From Halocafeteria seosinensis (Eukaryota): DNA of 61,221 nt. Position 1 is the stretch's first letter; each line of letters starts with the position of its first letter. The notes under the pieces were generated by a model. The model saw nothing but the letters and a program-made list of their open reading frames with translations, was not told where the DNA came from and ran no database searches. Positions 35,089-46,000 of the stretch are shown here, one piece after another. The stretch lies in the NCBI GenBank assembly GCA_001687465.1, contig LVLI01000605.1:1-61221 (forward strand), written 5' to 3'. A program made the position numbers and the translations under genes.

Positions 35089-35313
35089 TGTGTACCGCTA
35101 CTGCTGCATCACCTACCTTATCTCGCCATGCAAGCTCGCAATATCATCTTACATGAATGAACTTTGCTGCTGTTATGTCAATCCTGTTACCCTCTACAGC
35201 ATGTATATCACTAGTTTATTCTTTTGTGCCTTAATGAATGTCGAATCGCCCCAAACGAAATAGAGTGATGGAGTGCATAGCACACAAACACTGGACATAA
35301 ATAGAAATACCTT

Positions 35314-38300
35314 TTACACGTCTTTCGCGCCCTTTTGACCAAATTCTTTCTTCGTCTTGGTGGCTACTCTGGCACGGTTTTCCTCAGTTTCTACGATAAG
35401 TCGCTTCCTTTCTGTACCCAGTTGACTCTCACGTAGTTTGTCCGCAATATTTTCTGTCTGCAATTTGTTGGATGCGCTCTGCTGAACGATTTTAACTCTG
35501 CTACCGCGACTTCTTTGGGGCTTCCACTCTTTTCTTTCGGGTAGCTCTTCCTGTTGACTCCGGAATCTGCTTGATCGTCGTCGTGACCCTCGTCTGTCTT
35601 TCTGATCATGTGTATGGACAGCTTGGCTTTGATACGCATTGTTGTTTTGTCTCGGTCGGTAAAGAGATTCCCGGGGGACTTGTGTCTCGTAATGATGTGC
35701 TGCTGGTTTTGTAGCAGGTTGGTGATAGGTTGCACCCACCGCACGAGCCGGTGAAGTAGCGCCAGCTGATGTTACGTCGCTACGTGTGTTGGTCCCTTGC
35801 CTTTGCTGCTGCACACTATGTTCGCTCCACATACTGCTAGAGAATCTCCGCGATCCACGTCTATCAAAAGAAGCCGCTCGCCCGCCAGTAATCGTACTTC
35901 CCTTGCCGGCATTGTGAGATGACTGGAGCGGATGCTTGGACACCTGCTTCTTGAAAGGCTGCAGTCTATCCGCAACCTTTTGCACATCCATGCTCGAGAG
36001 TGCGTCATTGGAAGTATCACCCTCACTTTGATTCGCGGTGTTACCCATACGGGAAAATCCGCCGTCCGCAGCCAAGGGATTGTCGTGCATTTTCACAGTG
36101 GACCGTCGAATGGTTGTGCCAGATGACGCCGTTCTAGCCTGCCGGGAACCACCCCGTCGAGAAGACCAATGAAGTTTTTCGGTACTCCGGTTGAAAGAGC
36201 TCACAGAGTCTGCCAACATTGTACCTTGCTCCGTATGGGCACTGTGGGAAGTTTGCTCGCTGAATGAGCGACGTGAATTACCTTGATTACCCGAGCCGCG
36301 GCGGGATCTCGAAGCGAAAGGATTGTCATACATTCTCATAGAGGATCCCTGTTGGAACAGTTCGTGCCTGTCGGCTCTGCTGGAGCCTTTGTCTGTACTG
36401 ACAATTGCTGCCGGTTTCCTAGTCTGAGAGCCGTAAGAGTCAATCGAATTACTTTGCCCCTCCTCTTCCGGTTTCTCTTCCAGAGAATTGTTGGCTTTCC
36501 TCACTTGCATAGGATTGACATCCACACTGAATGTTTGAGTCGACGAGGCATCCTTACTTCCGGCGGATTTTTTTTGCTTGTCCAATACTTCGTTAAGGCC
36601 CTGCATTAAGTGGTGCACTTTCCGCATGACCAGAGTGTCAAAGCTGCGTGATACCCGCGGCGTGTAGTAACCAAGCAGTACAATCGTAAACACAAGAAAG
36701 ACAATATGTACAATCATAACCGCACAATAAACATCCGTCCCCGTTGATCCGCTAGACTCAGTTCCGATGAATCCTAAAGAGCTAGTGACCATGGAGCATA
36801 AAATAAGTGCGGTATGTAAACTATACACAGGCTTACTCCAGTAGGGGCGAAAGTAATGGTTTTGGAAGTAAGACCATGTGAGAACTAGTAACGTCAATGA
36901 AAACTGACCTGCACTTTTGGAGATCCACAAACCAATTATTGCTAAGAACAGCTTCCGAAACACCACTGTAACATCCCACAAATATCCCATCCAACGAAGT
37001 GTATACCCCCCACTTAATTTCCAGAAATTGATGCGTTCGGAAAGCCTCCTGAGGGAATAGTACTTCCAAGTATAGTAGAGTCCCACCCCTAGAGGGTATC
37101 CGACCACCAACAATATTAAATAGGCAATTGCCAAAGAGTGCAAAATGGCAAATTGGGCACTAGATATTTCGAGCTCCAGATCCAAGTGCGATCTTGTGGA
37201 ACCACGTATCGGTTGTGGATAAGTTTTCAAGCTAGCCAGAGCAGTTTCGGCGACAGAAATATACAGGACGTTCACCATACCCAATATAGACCAAAAGGAT
37301 CTTCGTAAACTTGCCGAGATCAGACGTTGTCCATCCTGCAACCCCACCGCTATTACTTGCCCTACCAGTATCACGACCAACAAGGCAACAGGGAAGAGCA
37401 AAGCTGCCAAGGCGGACTGGTACTGTTCCATACCGAACAAGCATTCCCACGAAGCAGTCTTCACTGGGTTCATTGTAAAAACTGAAAGAAGATATGGCAG
37501 TAGAGTTGTAACTCCATCAAGCGGCGAATAGTTCATCGAATTTAGAAGCCATCCAATTTGCATGTAGTCGACAAGGATCAAAAGGACGTGCTGACGACAC
37601 AGCGAGCGCTGCAGTGATAGATACGTAGAATCCTCGGCCTCAGTTTGACCATTACCTTCGGGGCGTTCCCCTTCAGTCTTCATATACGTTTGAAGACGTT
37701 GCTTCGCCATTTGCCAAGCCAATTGCTGGTGATTCGGGTTGATTGCTTCCAAGAGAAATTGGTGGTCTCCTTCCAATGTTACAGGTCCGACCCGAACGAT
37801 ACAACCGACAGTAAACCCGAGCACCACAACCAACATCAATAGTAATAATACTAAATTAGTGAAGCGACTCCAACAAGGATGGCAGCGTCCATCCCTTCCT
37901 TTGGAGTAGTTTGATCGGCAATTTCTGCAGACGGGGCCCGTGTATCCACCTGAACACTCAACGGCGAACGATGTACTGTTGACTGAGCAAGCCTCAGTCG
38001 GTGTGCATCTATGGAAAATGAAATCGCTCGGCGAATGATACAAGATTTTGACCACGTCATCTCGAGGATTTCGACTATAGCTACAGCGTTCACACCAATA
38101 CCCGCTCTTCATTCTCAAAATCCCATTCAGGCATAGCAAAGCTCCTTCGTTACAGGGAACACATTCACTCGAGTTTGATACCGACGAGTATCCTGTTGGA
38201 CAAGCCTGACAGGTGAACAGTTCGGGAGCCTGAGGTTGGAACTCCTCCGAGTACGGTGCCGAATTCATCCGCTTATACCCTCCCTTACATATGCATGCTC

Positions 38301-41300
38301 CCTCGACTTCTAGTGTACCTGTACCTGTGCAACTTCCCCCGGTTATTTGTATTTCAAGAGGAGAGTTGGATACGGATTTGTTCCCAATTTGGAAATCTAG
38401 CGTAGCGTTCCCTTGTTCTTTCAATACCACAGTGAAGTCAACGCTGGACGAGTCAGCACCGTAAGCGTTGTCGAATTTCACTGCGAACGGCGNGAATATG
38501 TCTGCATTGCTAATTCGTGCGGTGAGTAGAGGTGGACTCGAGAGAGATCCTCTCTTTTTCTGGATCAACTGAACGATACTAGTTTCCTGGTGTAGATCGT
38601 CTCGTAGTTGCACCCTTCCCCATATTACCTCGCCCACTTCACCTGTTCGTTGTGGTATCCATACGTAAGAAGTCGAGGCATTCGACGGTCCAGGAGATGG
38701 GGACACTTTCAAACTATGCCACACTGTCCCTTCGAGATGCTGGAGCTGCCGTTCCCCAATTCTAACGTTGAAACCAAAAAACAAAGTTACCACGGGGGTG
38801 TCCAGTAGCTCCCTGCTGGAGTTAAGCTGATTTAGTCCTAAACTCGTGAGCATGCTGCTTACATACCAAACGCTAAGATGCATATGAGCAACTTTGCGTC
38901 GTTGCAGTTGCAATCCTGACGGATATAGGGATAGCCACCGGTCAATAAAAGCTTGGTTTTCCGACCAATGGAGCCTGTGAAAAAGAGGTATACCTTCGTC
39001 CGATGGTTCGTCGTTATCCCTCTCGCTTAAGGACCCAGTTTCATACACCACTTGAGTAAGTCGGAGATTGATGGGACTCGCCTCAATATTTGCGACGCTC
39101 AAAGCATGTTCTTGCTTTTCAAATGGTTGAATTTGGTGACCTCGTAAATCCTCGTGACACAGGAGAATAGGGGAGATCGAATACCGGATTACTATTTGAA
39201 ACGTCTGAAACGGCGAATCATAGCTGCCGTAGCCATCCCAGGCGTCAGTAGCGAGGTGCAACCTAGCAGAAAGGTGCCCAAAGTGAGGGAGCTCTTCAGC
39301 GGAAAAGGCCAGATGGGTTTGGTCTGACGAAAAAGCCTCGGTAAATCCATTTGTCGTAGACACTTGCACCCATTGTTTACTCGCCCCATTTGTAGACCGA
39401 TCGTTGGAAGTAGCTATGCTTGCGTTCCACTTCATTCCAAGTGACCCCTCGTTAATGATATTAAGGAGGCGGTGGGGTTGAAACTCTGTTAAACCCTGAA
39501 AAACGTCGAAGACCAAGGGTTGAACTGAGGCCTTCGCCTCAAATACATGCAATCGCAGCTCAATCGGAACCTTCTTGAGAAAGCTATTCTCTTGATCTAA
39601 AAACGTCACCAGAGCAGTTGCGGTGGAGACTCCAGCGGGAGCTGCATCAATTGAAACTGACAAGACTCTTGTGACAGAAGTCATCTGAGGCAACCCATAG
39701 AAGTTCTCCGATTGAGGAACTCTTACGGCACTAGAATCAGCATCCCAGCGTATCCGCACACCCGGGTGAATGGTTAGAATAACGGAACGCTCTACCGTCC
39801 CTGCGGCGAGGATCTTTCTTTCCAATGGTAGGGTAAACGCCTGTGGGGAAACTGTTAGCGCCGCCCCCGAGCGAGAGTCTTGCACGTTCCACTCAACGGG
39901 AGCCGGCAGAGTAATGTTCTGGGTCACACTGACAACATTTTCTCCTTCGATGATGACTGTAGTTTGTAACGGTACCCAGATTTCCTTGCCACGCTCTAAG
40001 TTCTCCGTGAGCTTCCTTGCACTTTGGGCCTCCTCGTCAATGGCCATGTGTCTCCGGATTTTCTCGTCGATGATCAAATATCGGGCATTGTACTCGTACT
40101 GCCGACAATCCGGGTTTGCTTTCTGTCTCCCAGAGCAGGATTTTCTCGCCGATAGCTCTAGTTCTGGTACTATTGGGGGTCCTGTGTCCAAACCCGTACC
40201 GCGGAAGTCTTCCCGACAACCAATGTATACGGCACGAGCATCAGTAAATGCCTCATGGAGGTGGTTGCAAGTACCAACTAGCCTTGGAGCCTTCCCATGT
40301 ACACTCTGTACGGAAAAACTCGATGGCTTGAGCATACTTGAGTTCTTCTCGATCTGTCCTAATTCGGGACGTGGCACGAATACCATCGTGACGCAGTTAA
40401 ACGACTCATTTTGCCCACAAGCTGAGGACACTTCGTATGACGAGTTAGTCTGGGGAGGCTGCTTTGTAGGCGTGGGTGTAGGCGTCACGGTTGCGGTCCC
40501 AGTAGCGGTGGCGGAGGCAGTAGGAGAAATTGTCCTATCAGCAGTTGGGGACACCGAAGGAGTTCGTGTCATAGTGGCAGAGCTGGTACCGGTCCCCGAA
40601 AAGGTAGGAGAAGCAGTAACAGAGAAGGAGGCTGTTGGCGTGATTGTAGGAGTTGTCGACGCGGAAGGCACCACCCGACAGAGCAGAGAGCAATCTCTAT
40701 TCCGCACAGATACCCCGTGGACGCATTCAGTGCAAATACCCCTCTGTAAAATCTGACGGATATTTGCCTTCGCAGAAACTCCTAGATTGTCATCTGCCCT
40801 TTGCTCCCATTTGAAAGTAAGTTTGTGCCTTTCATTGAAACTAGAAATATCGGCTTCGCACGTCCGTATTTCATCGTCTGCTACGTATCCGCAGTCCTTG
40901 ATTTTCTGATCATCAACATAGACAGTATGGGTCGATCTATCGGAATTTGCACCAGGAACTCCAACTATTTCATGCCTTAGTTTGTCTCCAAGGAGACAAA
41001 CGTCCTCCTGTTCGATTATGGCATCTTTCGAGTCTACATTATTCTCTTTCCACTTCGTCCGTACTAAGTGTTCACCTTCGGTAGTGGGAGTGTAGTGTCC
41101 CAAATTTTCCGAAGAAGCGTCCTTTAACTGGACCCTAGCCACAATGTTGGAGTCAGTGGTGTAATCATGGAAATCCCAAGAAGCAGGACGCTCGGTATAC
41201 TCTCCAGTGTATGTTTCCACGAATTGAGGGTTCTTTATCACCTCGTGGACCACACATGTGTGTTCCCTTGACGCTGCCAACGGTGGGATCGCTCTCAATA

Positions 41301-42567
41301 CAGGATAGCTTTCTGAGCGGGCGGACCAGATGTCTGTTGGCCATGTCCCAGGTACCGTGCCTTGTATATCACGTAAACTATCAAAGTTGTTCTTGGACAC
41401 CAAAATGTCACCGTTGTGTGAAACAATCCCGGTGCCGCGTCCTTCGGAGTCATGAACTGAATACTTTACCACAACATCTTTGGCTGCATTGTCATCTCTC
41501 CTAATGCTTCCGATCATAAACGTATTGGCGGTTTGTGATAGCATATATACTCTTTCTATTGTAGCACTCCCTCCTTTATTCCCTAGCTCGGCCCCACAAA
41601 TTCCTCCTGACACTTCTACATCCGACCGAATACTGCCGGCGCTGTAGGAGTCGCGAATATTCACCGTTCCTCCCCATGGGCCCGTACGAAAACCTGTGAT
41701 ACCTCCAGCTCTGTTTGCCAAAATGTCCCCTTTTGAGGCGCACTCAGCAATTACAACCCTCCCAAACTTACGCGCAGCAGCACCACCTGTGATACCACCC
41801 GCTTTATCTCTCTTCATGTGCCCCAAAGAGTAGCTTCGCAGAATGGATACTGAGCCCTCGTCGTTTCCACACCAAGAACCACATATGCCACCGCTCCCAA
41901 CGGAGTCAATGTCTCCTTCTGAGTGGCAATCGGTAATGTTGACGGCTCCTCCCTGTTCGGCAGCCCTCCAACCCGTGATACCTCCTGACCAGTATTTCCA
42001 AACTTTGCCTACCGAAAAGGAGTTCCTGATGTCTATAGCCCCACCTCCAATACCAGCATGACTCCCAGTGATTCCCCCCGACTTGTAGTATATATCTCCA
42101 CTGGAGCTGCAGTTAAAAACTCTAAAGAACTTTTGCTTCTTGCGAACAACAAATCCCCCTTCCCTTTCGGTTACCCCTCCATCAACGTTTACATTGCGAA
42201 CCAAAGGAGCTTCGTTGATCTCAGTAACTTCGGAGCCTGCAGCAAACAATCCTTTAAAGCCAGTCATGTCAGCCAGGTCGATACGAAACCCCTGGCCATC
42301 GAAGATTGTGTTTGCTCCCAAAGTAATGTGATCCTGTGCTGAGTATCCCCGAAGTTCCCAATTTATATCGCAAGTTTGAAGGTAGACGAATTCGTCTGCG
42401 TCGTACAGTATACACTCATCATTTTGGAACTCCCCGGTACTTGCCATTCCCGTGTGAACCCCCAAGTCCCTCGTCCTGGGCGTGCTTGGATCCACAGGAA
42501 CAGCAGATATAGTCAAGCCGAATGAGAACATGAGAAAACAAGTCAGCAATCCTTGTCGGATAGACAT
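35314..42567 (-). CDS. 2417-aa receptor-like membrane protein: signal peptide, GLUG-like repeats, Thr/Pro stalk, beta-rich region, Cys-rich repeats, multi-pass TM region and long cytoplasmic tail
   Basis: Single ORF with ATG at 42567 (MSIRQGLLTCFLMFSFGLTISA). Repeated GGITG/GGICG units, a TPT/TAT tract, CxxCPxG repeats and about 8-9 hydrophobic segments, followed by a Ser/Arg-rich tail. Confidence 0.85.
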   Translation of the reverse strand: MSIRQGLLTCFLMFSFGLTISAVPVDPSTPRTRDLGVHTGMASTGEFQNDECILYDADEFVYLQTCDINWELRGYSAQDHITLGANTIFDGQGFRIDLADMTGFKGLFAAGSEVTEINEAPLVRNVNVDGGVTEREGGFVVRKKQKFFRVFNCSSSGDIYYKSGGITGSHAGIGGGAIDIRNSFSVGKVWKYWSGGITGWRAAEQGGAVNITDCHSEGDIDSVGSGGICGSWCGNDEGSVSILRSYSLGHMKRDKAGGITGGAAARKFGRVVIAECASKGDILANRAGGITGFRTGPWGGTVNIRDSYSAGSIRSDVEVSGGICGAELGNKGGSATIERVYMLSQTANTFMIGSIRRDDNAAKDVVVKYSVHDSEGRGTGIVSHNGDILVSKNNFDSLRDIQGTVPGTWPTDIWSARSESYPVLRAIPPLAASREHTCVVHEVIKNPQFVETYTGEYTERPASWDFHDYTTDSNIVARVQLKDASSENLGHYTPTTEGEHLVRTKWKENNVDSKDAIIEQEDVCLLGDKLRHEIVGVPGANSDRSTHTVYVDDQKIKDCGYVADDEIRTCEADISSFNERHKLTFKWEQRADDNLGVSAKANIRQILQRGICTECVHGVSVRNRDCSLLCRVVPSASTTPTITPTASFSVTASPTFSGTGTSSATMTRTPSVSPTADRTISPTASATATGTATVTPTPTPTKQPPQTNSSYEVSSACGQNESFNCVTMVFVPRPELGQIEKNSSMLKPSSFSVQSVHGKAPRLVGTCNHLHEAFTDARAVYIGCREDFRGTGLDTGPPIVPELELSARKSCSGRQKANPDCRQYEYNARYLIIDEKIRRHMAIDEEAQSARKLTENLERGKEIWVPLQTTVIIEGENVVSVTQNITLPAPVEWNVQDSRSGAALTVSPQAFTLPLERKILAAGTVERSVILTIHPGVRIRWDADSSAVRVPQSENFYGLPQMTSVTRVLSVSIDAAPAGVSTATALVTFLDQENSFLKKVPIELRLHVFEAKASVQPLVFDVFQGLTEFQPHRLLNIINEGSLGMKWNASIATSNDRSTNGASKQWVQVSTTNGFTEAFSSDQTHLAFSAEELPHFGHLSARLHLATDAWDGYGSYDSPFQTFQIVIRYSISPILLCHEDLRGHQIQPFEKQEHALSVANIEASPINLRLTQVVYETGSLSERDNDEPSDEGIPLFHRLHWSENQAFIDRWLSLYPSGLQLQRRKVAHMHLSVWYVSSMLTSLGLNQLNSSRELLDTPVVTLFFGFNVRIGERQLQHLEGTVWHSLKVSPSPGPSNASTSYVWIPQRTGEVGEVIWGRVQLRDDLHQETSIVQLIQKKRGSLSSPPLLTARISNADIFXPFAVKFDNAYGADSSSVDFTVVLKEQGNATLDFQIGNKSVSNSPLEIQITGGSCTGTGTLEVEGACICKGGYKRMNSAPYSEEFQPQAPELFTCQACPTGYSSVSNSSECVPCNEGALLCLNGILRMKSGYWCERCSYSRNPRDDVVKILYHSPSDFIFHRCTPTEACSVNSTSFAVECSGGYTGPVCRNCRSNYSKGRDGRCHPCWSRFTNLVLLLLMLVVVLGFTVGCIVRVGPVTLEGDHQFLLEAINPNHQQLAWQMAKQRLQTYMKTEGERPEGNGQTEAEDSTYLSLQRSLCRQHVLLILVDYMQIGWLLNSMNYSPLDGVTTLLPYLLSVFTMNPVKTASWECLFGMEQYQSALAALLFPVALLVVILVGQVIAVGLQDGQRLISASLRRSFWSILGMVNVLYISVAETALASLKTYPQPIRGSTRSHLDLELEISSAQFAILHSLAIAYLILLVVGYPLGVGLYYTWKYYSLRRLSERINFWKLSGGYTLRWMGYLWDVTVVFRKLFLAIIGLWISKSAGQFSLTLLVLTWSYFQNHYFRPYWSKPVYSLHTALILCSMVTSSLGFIGTESSGSTGTDVYCAVMIVHIVFLVFTIVLLGYYTPRVSRSFDTLVMRKVHHLMQGLNEVLDKQKKSAGSKDASSTQTFSVDVNPMQVRKANNSLEEKPEEEGQSNSIDSYGSQTRKPAAIVSTDKGSSRADRHELFQQGSSMRMYDNPFASRSRRGSGNQGNSRRSFSEQTSHSAHTEQGTMLADSVSSFNRSTEKLHWSSRRGGSRQARTASSGTTIRRSTVKMHDNPLAADGGFSRMGNTANQSEGDTSNDALSSMDVQKVADRLQPFKKQVSKHPLQSSHNAGKGSTITGGRAASFDRRGSRRFSSSMWSEHSVQQQRQGTNTRSDVTSAGATSPARAVGATYHQPATKPAAHHYETQVPRESLYRPRQNNNAYQSQAVHTHDQKDRRGSRRRSSRFRSQQEELPERKEWKPQRSRGSRVKIVQQSASNKLQTENIADKLRESQLGTERKRLIVETEENRARVATKTKKEFGQKGAKDV

Positions 42568-43037
42568 ATTGCACAATGCTATAAAGAACCCCCAGAAACA
42601 GCTTGACGACCGGTGGGAGTTTCTTTGCCGGGCCCGTCTCGCCCTCAAATATGCCTGCAAGGCGTATACTGTGCGTGAATAAGAACACGCACTTTTTTCG
42701 ACAAACTCGCGCTGGGGTCAAAATCGTGGAATAGTGCTCAATGAGGTGTGAACCTTCACTGTAGAAGGCTTGTTCTTTCTTCTGCTGACTGTGACGCGAC
42801 CGTGACTGGTTTGGATTGGATGACGTCGCTAAAGTCCCGTGTGTTAGACAATTTCGTACACACTATAGCTTACGCGCATTGTGTCAAAATTAACCATTCT
42901 TAATGAGACAATTCTTGTCTGCATTTCATTTCACTGCTGAAATGCAGCCTGTGGACTCCTACCCCTACCCCGATGCAGTCCATCCCCAGCAATGCCAGCA
43001 TGCTCTTCGCCCGGGTTCGCGGTCCCGTGGCTTTGTT

Positions 43038-46000
43038 TCAATGCCACTGACGGTTGTTCTTTCCCGGAAGCCAATCGTACAATCATGCGTTCACTCGCGG
43101 AATGCGGAAGACCGATAATGAGGCGCATATACAGGAATTAAACAAGCCAGGTGGACCTACTATAAAGCAAGATTCCTTCGATTTTTGTGATAATCTTATA
43201 CCTGTAATTGTTTTCGAACACTGCTAAAATTGGAATTAAAAGAAGCCGTGTGTAGTCAAAGCAAAACAAAATTCTGCGTGCCTCACTTTGTCACTGTTTG
43301 CGAACACACATTTCACAATCTAGCGTAGCATGTAGAATAGATTATCTAAGGTAGAAGCGATACTAGTGATGCATTGACAAAGTTGCTCGTTGCGAGCGAC
43401 GAAATGAAACGCTCCCCAGAGCCGACTTTCAATCCTTGGAGATCACTGTGTTACAACATAGATAGTACACACATTCCATTATGAATTTCCATAACGAACG
43501 GGTAGCTTTTCCTTATTCCCCTTATAAAGGATTACACCTGCATGTACGCCTTCCTTCCCTCTCTCTCGTGACTTGGTGTATCCAGCAGGAAGCGCTGAGA
43601 AAACCCAACCAAACGAACATGTCGCCAACAAGGACCCTGTCGGCCCTATTGCTCTTTCTTTGCTCTCTCGGTCTGTTTTCTAACGAAACTTTGGAAGCTC
43701 ACGGTACAACGGTGCACTTTCCTTTTACTCATTGTGATCTGAGCGGTTGGAACCTTCATCATGAAGGGGTACACATTTCATTCATTAGCTGTGGAGATGG
43801 AAATAGCCGAGCACTCAAGATCGGGACAGATTCAACAGATAGAGTAGAGATCGCATCGCATTCTCTTGGGAGTCCCCAAAAGCTACAACACTTTTCATAT
43901 GACTATGCTGACTTGAAAAACAATGAAGGAGGGGGTATTCGTTTCTTGAATTGCGACAACGAAGTGGAGATGGGAATCGGAACGAGTGAAGACCAACTTG
44001 ACCTCCACGATAACGAAGGATTTAGGAGAGTTCATCGCGGTTTGTCCGACAAAGAGGAGCCTAGAGATTTCACGGATATGGTCAAGGTTGAGGTAGCGTT
44101 TGACTGGGACTCTACCACAGCTCATGTTTTATGGACACTGCGCTACAGTAACATGCTGTTGCATAATGTCAACAGCTCCTTGATTCATGGGAAACCAATC
44201 CAGAGAATTGAATGGGCTAATTACCATAACAAACCAAACGTTTCTGAGGAGACACAATGCCAGTACAAAGAGTGGGGGGCGTCACAAATGTACATGGGTA
44301 TCTGTGGTTTGCAATACGTGACAAGTGATTGCTCCGCCGGTAGTTACTTCAGCCCGGAGAAATTCAAGTGTGTCCAGTGCGCCCCTGGTACTTACAGCGA
44401 AGATGGGAATTCTTGTCATTCATGTCCGAAGGGACAAATAAGCAAACCTGCAAGTAAGGCTATCAGCAATTGTTTGCCTAAGCATGTACTCTTCACGTTT
44501 GAGGACCCAGCTCTTCATGACTGGAGGATCCAAGGCGACAATGTGTTTCGCTCAAGTGGAACCAACCACAGTCTGGCCATTTGCAACAACTCAACAACAT
44601 CGGATGGAACTCGTGATATGGCGTACCATGTTCTCGATGCACCGTACAACATTGAGGCCTTCGCGTACACTTATTGCGGAGGGGGAGTTATTCGTCTGGT
44701 GAATGGGAACGGGCAGGCCGAGTTGGAAATTGCAATGGGCAACCACACGATTCGAAGTCATAGGGGAGCTGATTTAATTCCAATGAAGACAGACTCCAAG
44801 TACGTAGGCAATGTTGAGGGCATGCCAGACGTTGGTTACACTGTTCTCGTCCATCTTCACTGGAAGAATAGCTACTTTAGCATACAATCGAGTGCGGGAG
44901 TTCACATAGCCGAAGGATCACTCACTCATGGCCACCCTATTGAAACGATCATCTTGACAACCTCCCCTGGAGCATCGAATCATTCCTTATCCCGAGAACA
45001 CGACCAATGCTTGTATATCCCTCGACTTCAATATGTGACTAACTGTGAGCCGGGTGAGCACTTTTCTTTTAATGAATTCCGATGCGTGGACTGTCCACCG
45101 AGTACCTTCGGAGTGGATGGACGGGAATGTAAGGATTGCCCGGCTGGCACATCTAGCACACAAGGAAGTGCAAACATAGTCGACTGTGCGCCTGAGCACG
45201 TGGTACTTTCAGGAGATCGGGAAGACTGGACAATGTGCGATAGCAGAGCAACGTATTCCACCTGCTACGGCGGCAACAATACGAGCATAAAGGTTAGAGA
45301 GTCTTCCGCCTTTGCCACAGACATCGCTTCTCACATCTTGCCACAGCCTAATGAGATTGAAGCATTTTCTTTTTCTTATCATGAATGGGGTAATTCTGAC
45401 GGTGGAGGCATCCGACTGTTCAACAGGCAGGGCACTATGGAACTTGGCATAGCAACTCATAGGGAGTCCAACCTCGAAGTTATGGATGGCTCAAACGTCC
45501 CCGTGCAAACCAATACAAAAGCATATGAAGTGTGGTTTCGTGTGGATGTTAATATTCATTGGGGAATGAATGAATTTTCTCTGAATTTAGTGAAAATGCC
45601 TGTCAATTCGACTACAACAGTAGTGTTTTCATACACCGGTACACTCAGAGTTGGCCTACCGATCAAGACTATCACTTGGTCAAATTATGCTTCGAATTTT
45701 CTACGGTGGGGTCCTGAGTCGGCCATACACATGCAAATATGCAGGTTCCAATATGTGACCAGGTGTATGCAAGGTACGCAGTTTAATATGAGCGAATACC
45801 GGTGTGTCAATTGTGCAAAAGGTACCTACAGCTCGGAGGGAAACGTGTGCTTAGATTGTCCATCAGGAAGGATAAGCGACGAAGGTTCAGATAAATGCAT
45901 GGAATGTCCGGCGGGAAAGTACAGTCGAGGAGCAACTGAGTGCATGCAATGCGATCCAGGACGAGGCAGTGAGAAGAGTACTGCAGAATGTTCGTTGTGC

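Noticed and set aside
39770..40756. 328-aa plus-strand ORF
   Set aside because: It is the antisense shadow of the Thr/Pro-rich part of the 35314-42567 gene; VGVGVTVAV mirrors TPTPT.
43481..43618. Upstream ATG extension of paralogue A
   Set aside because: The homologous region upstream of paralogue B is not open, and the signal peptide starts at 43619.
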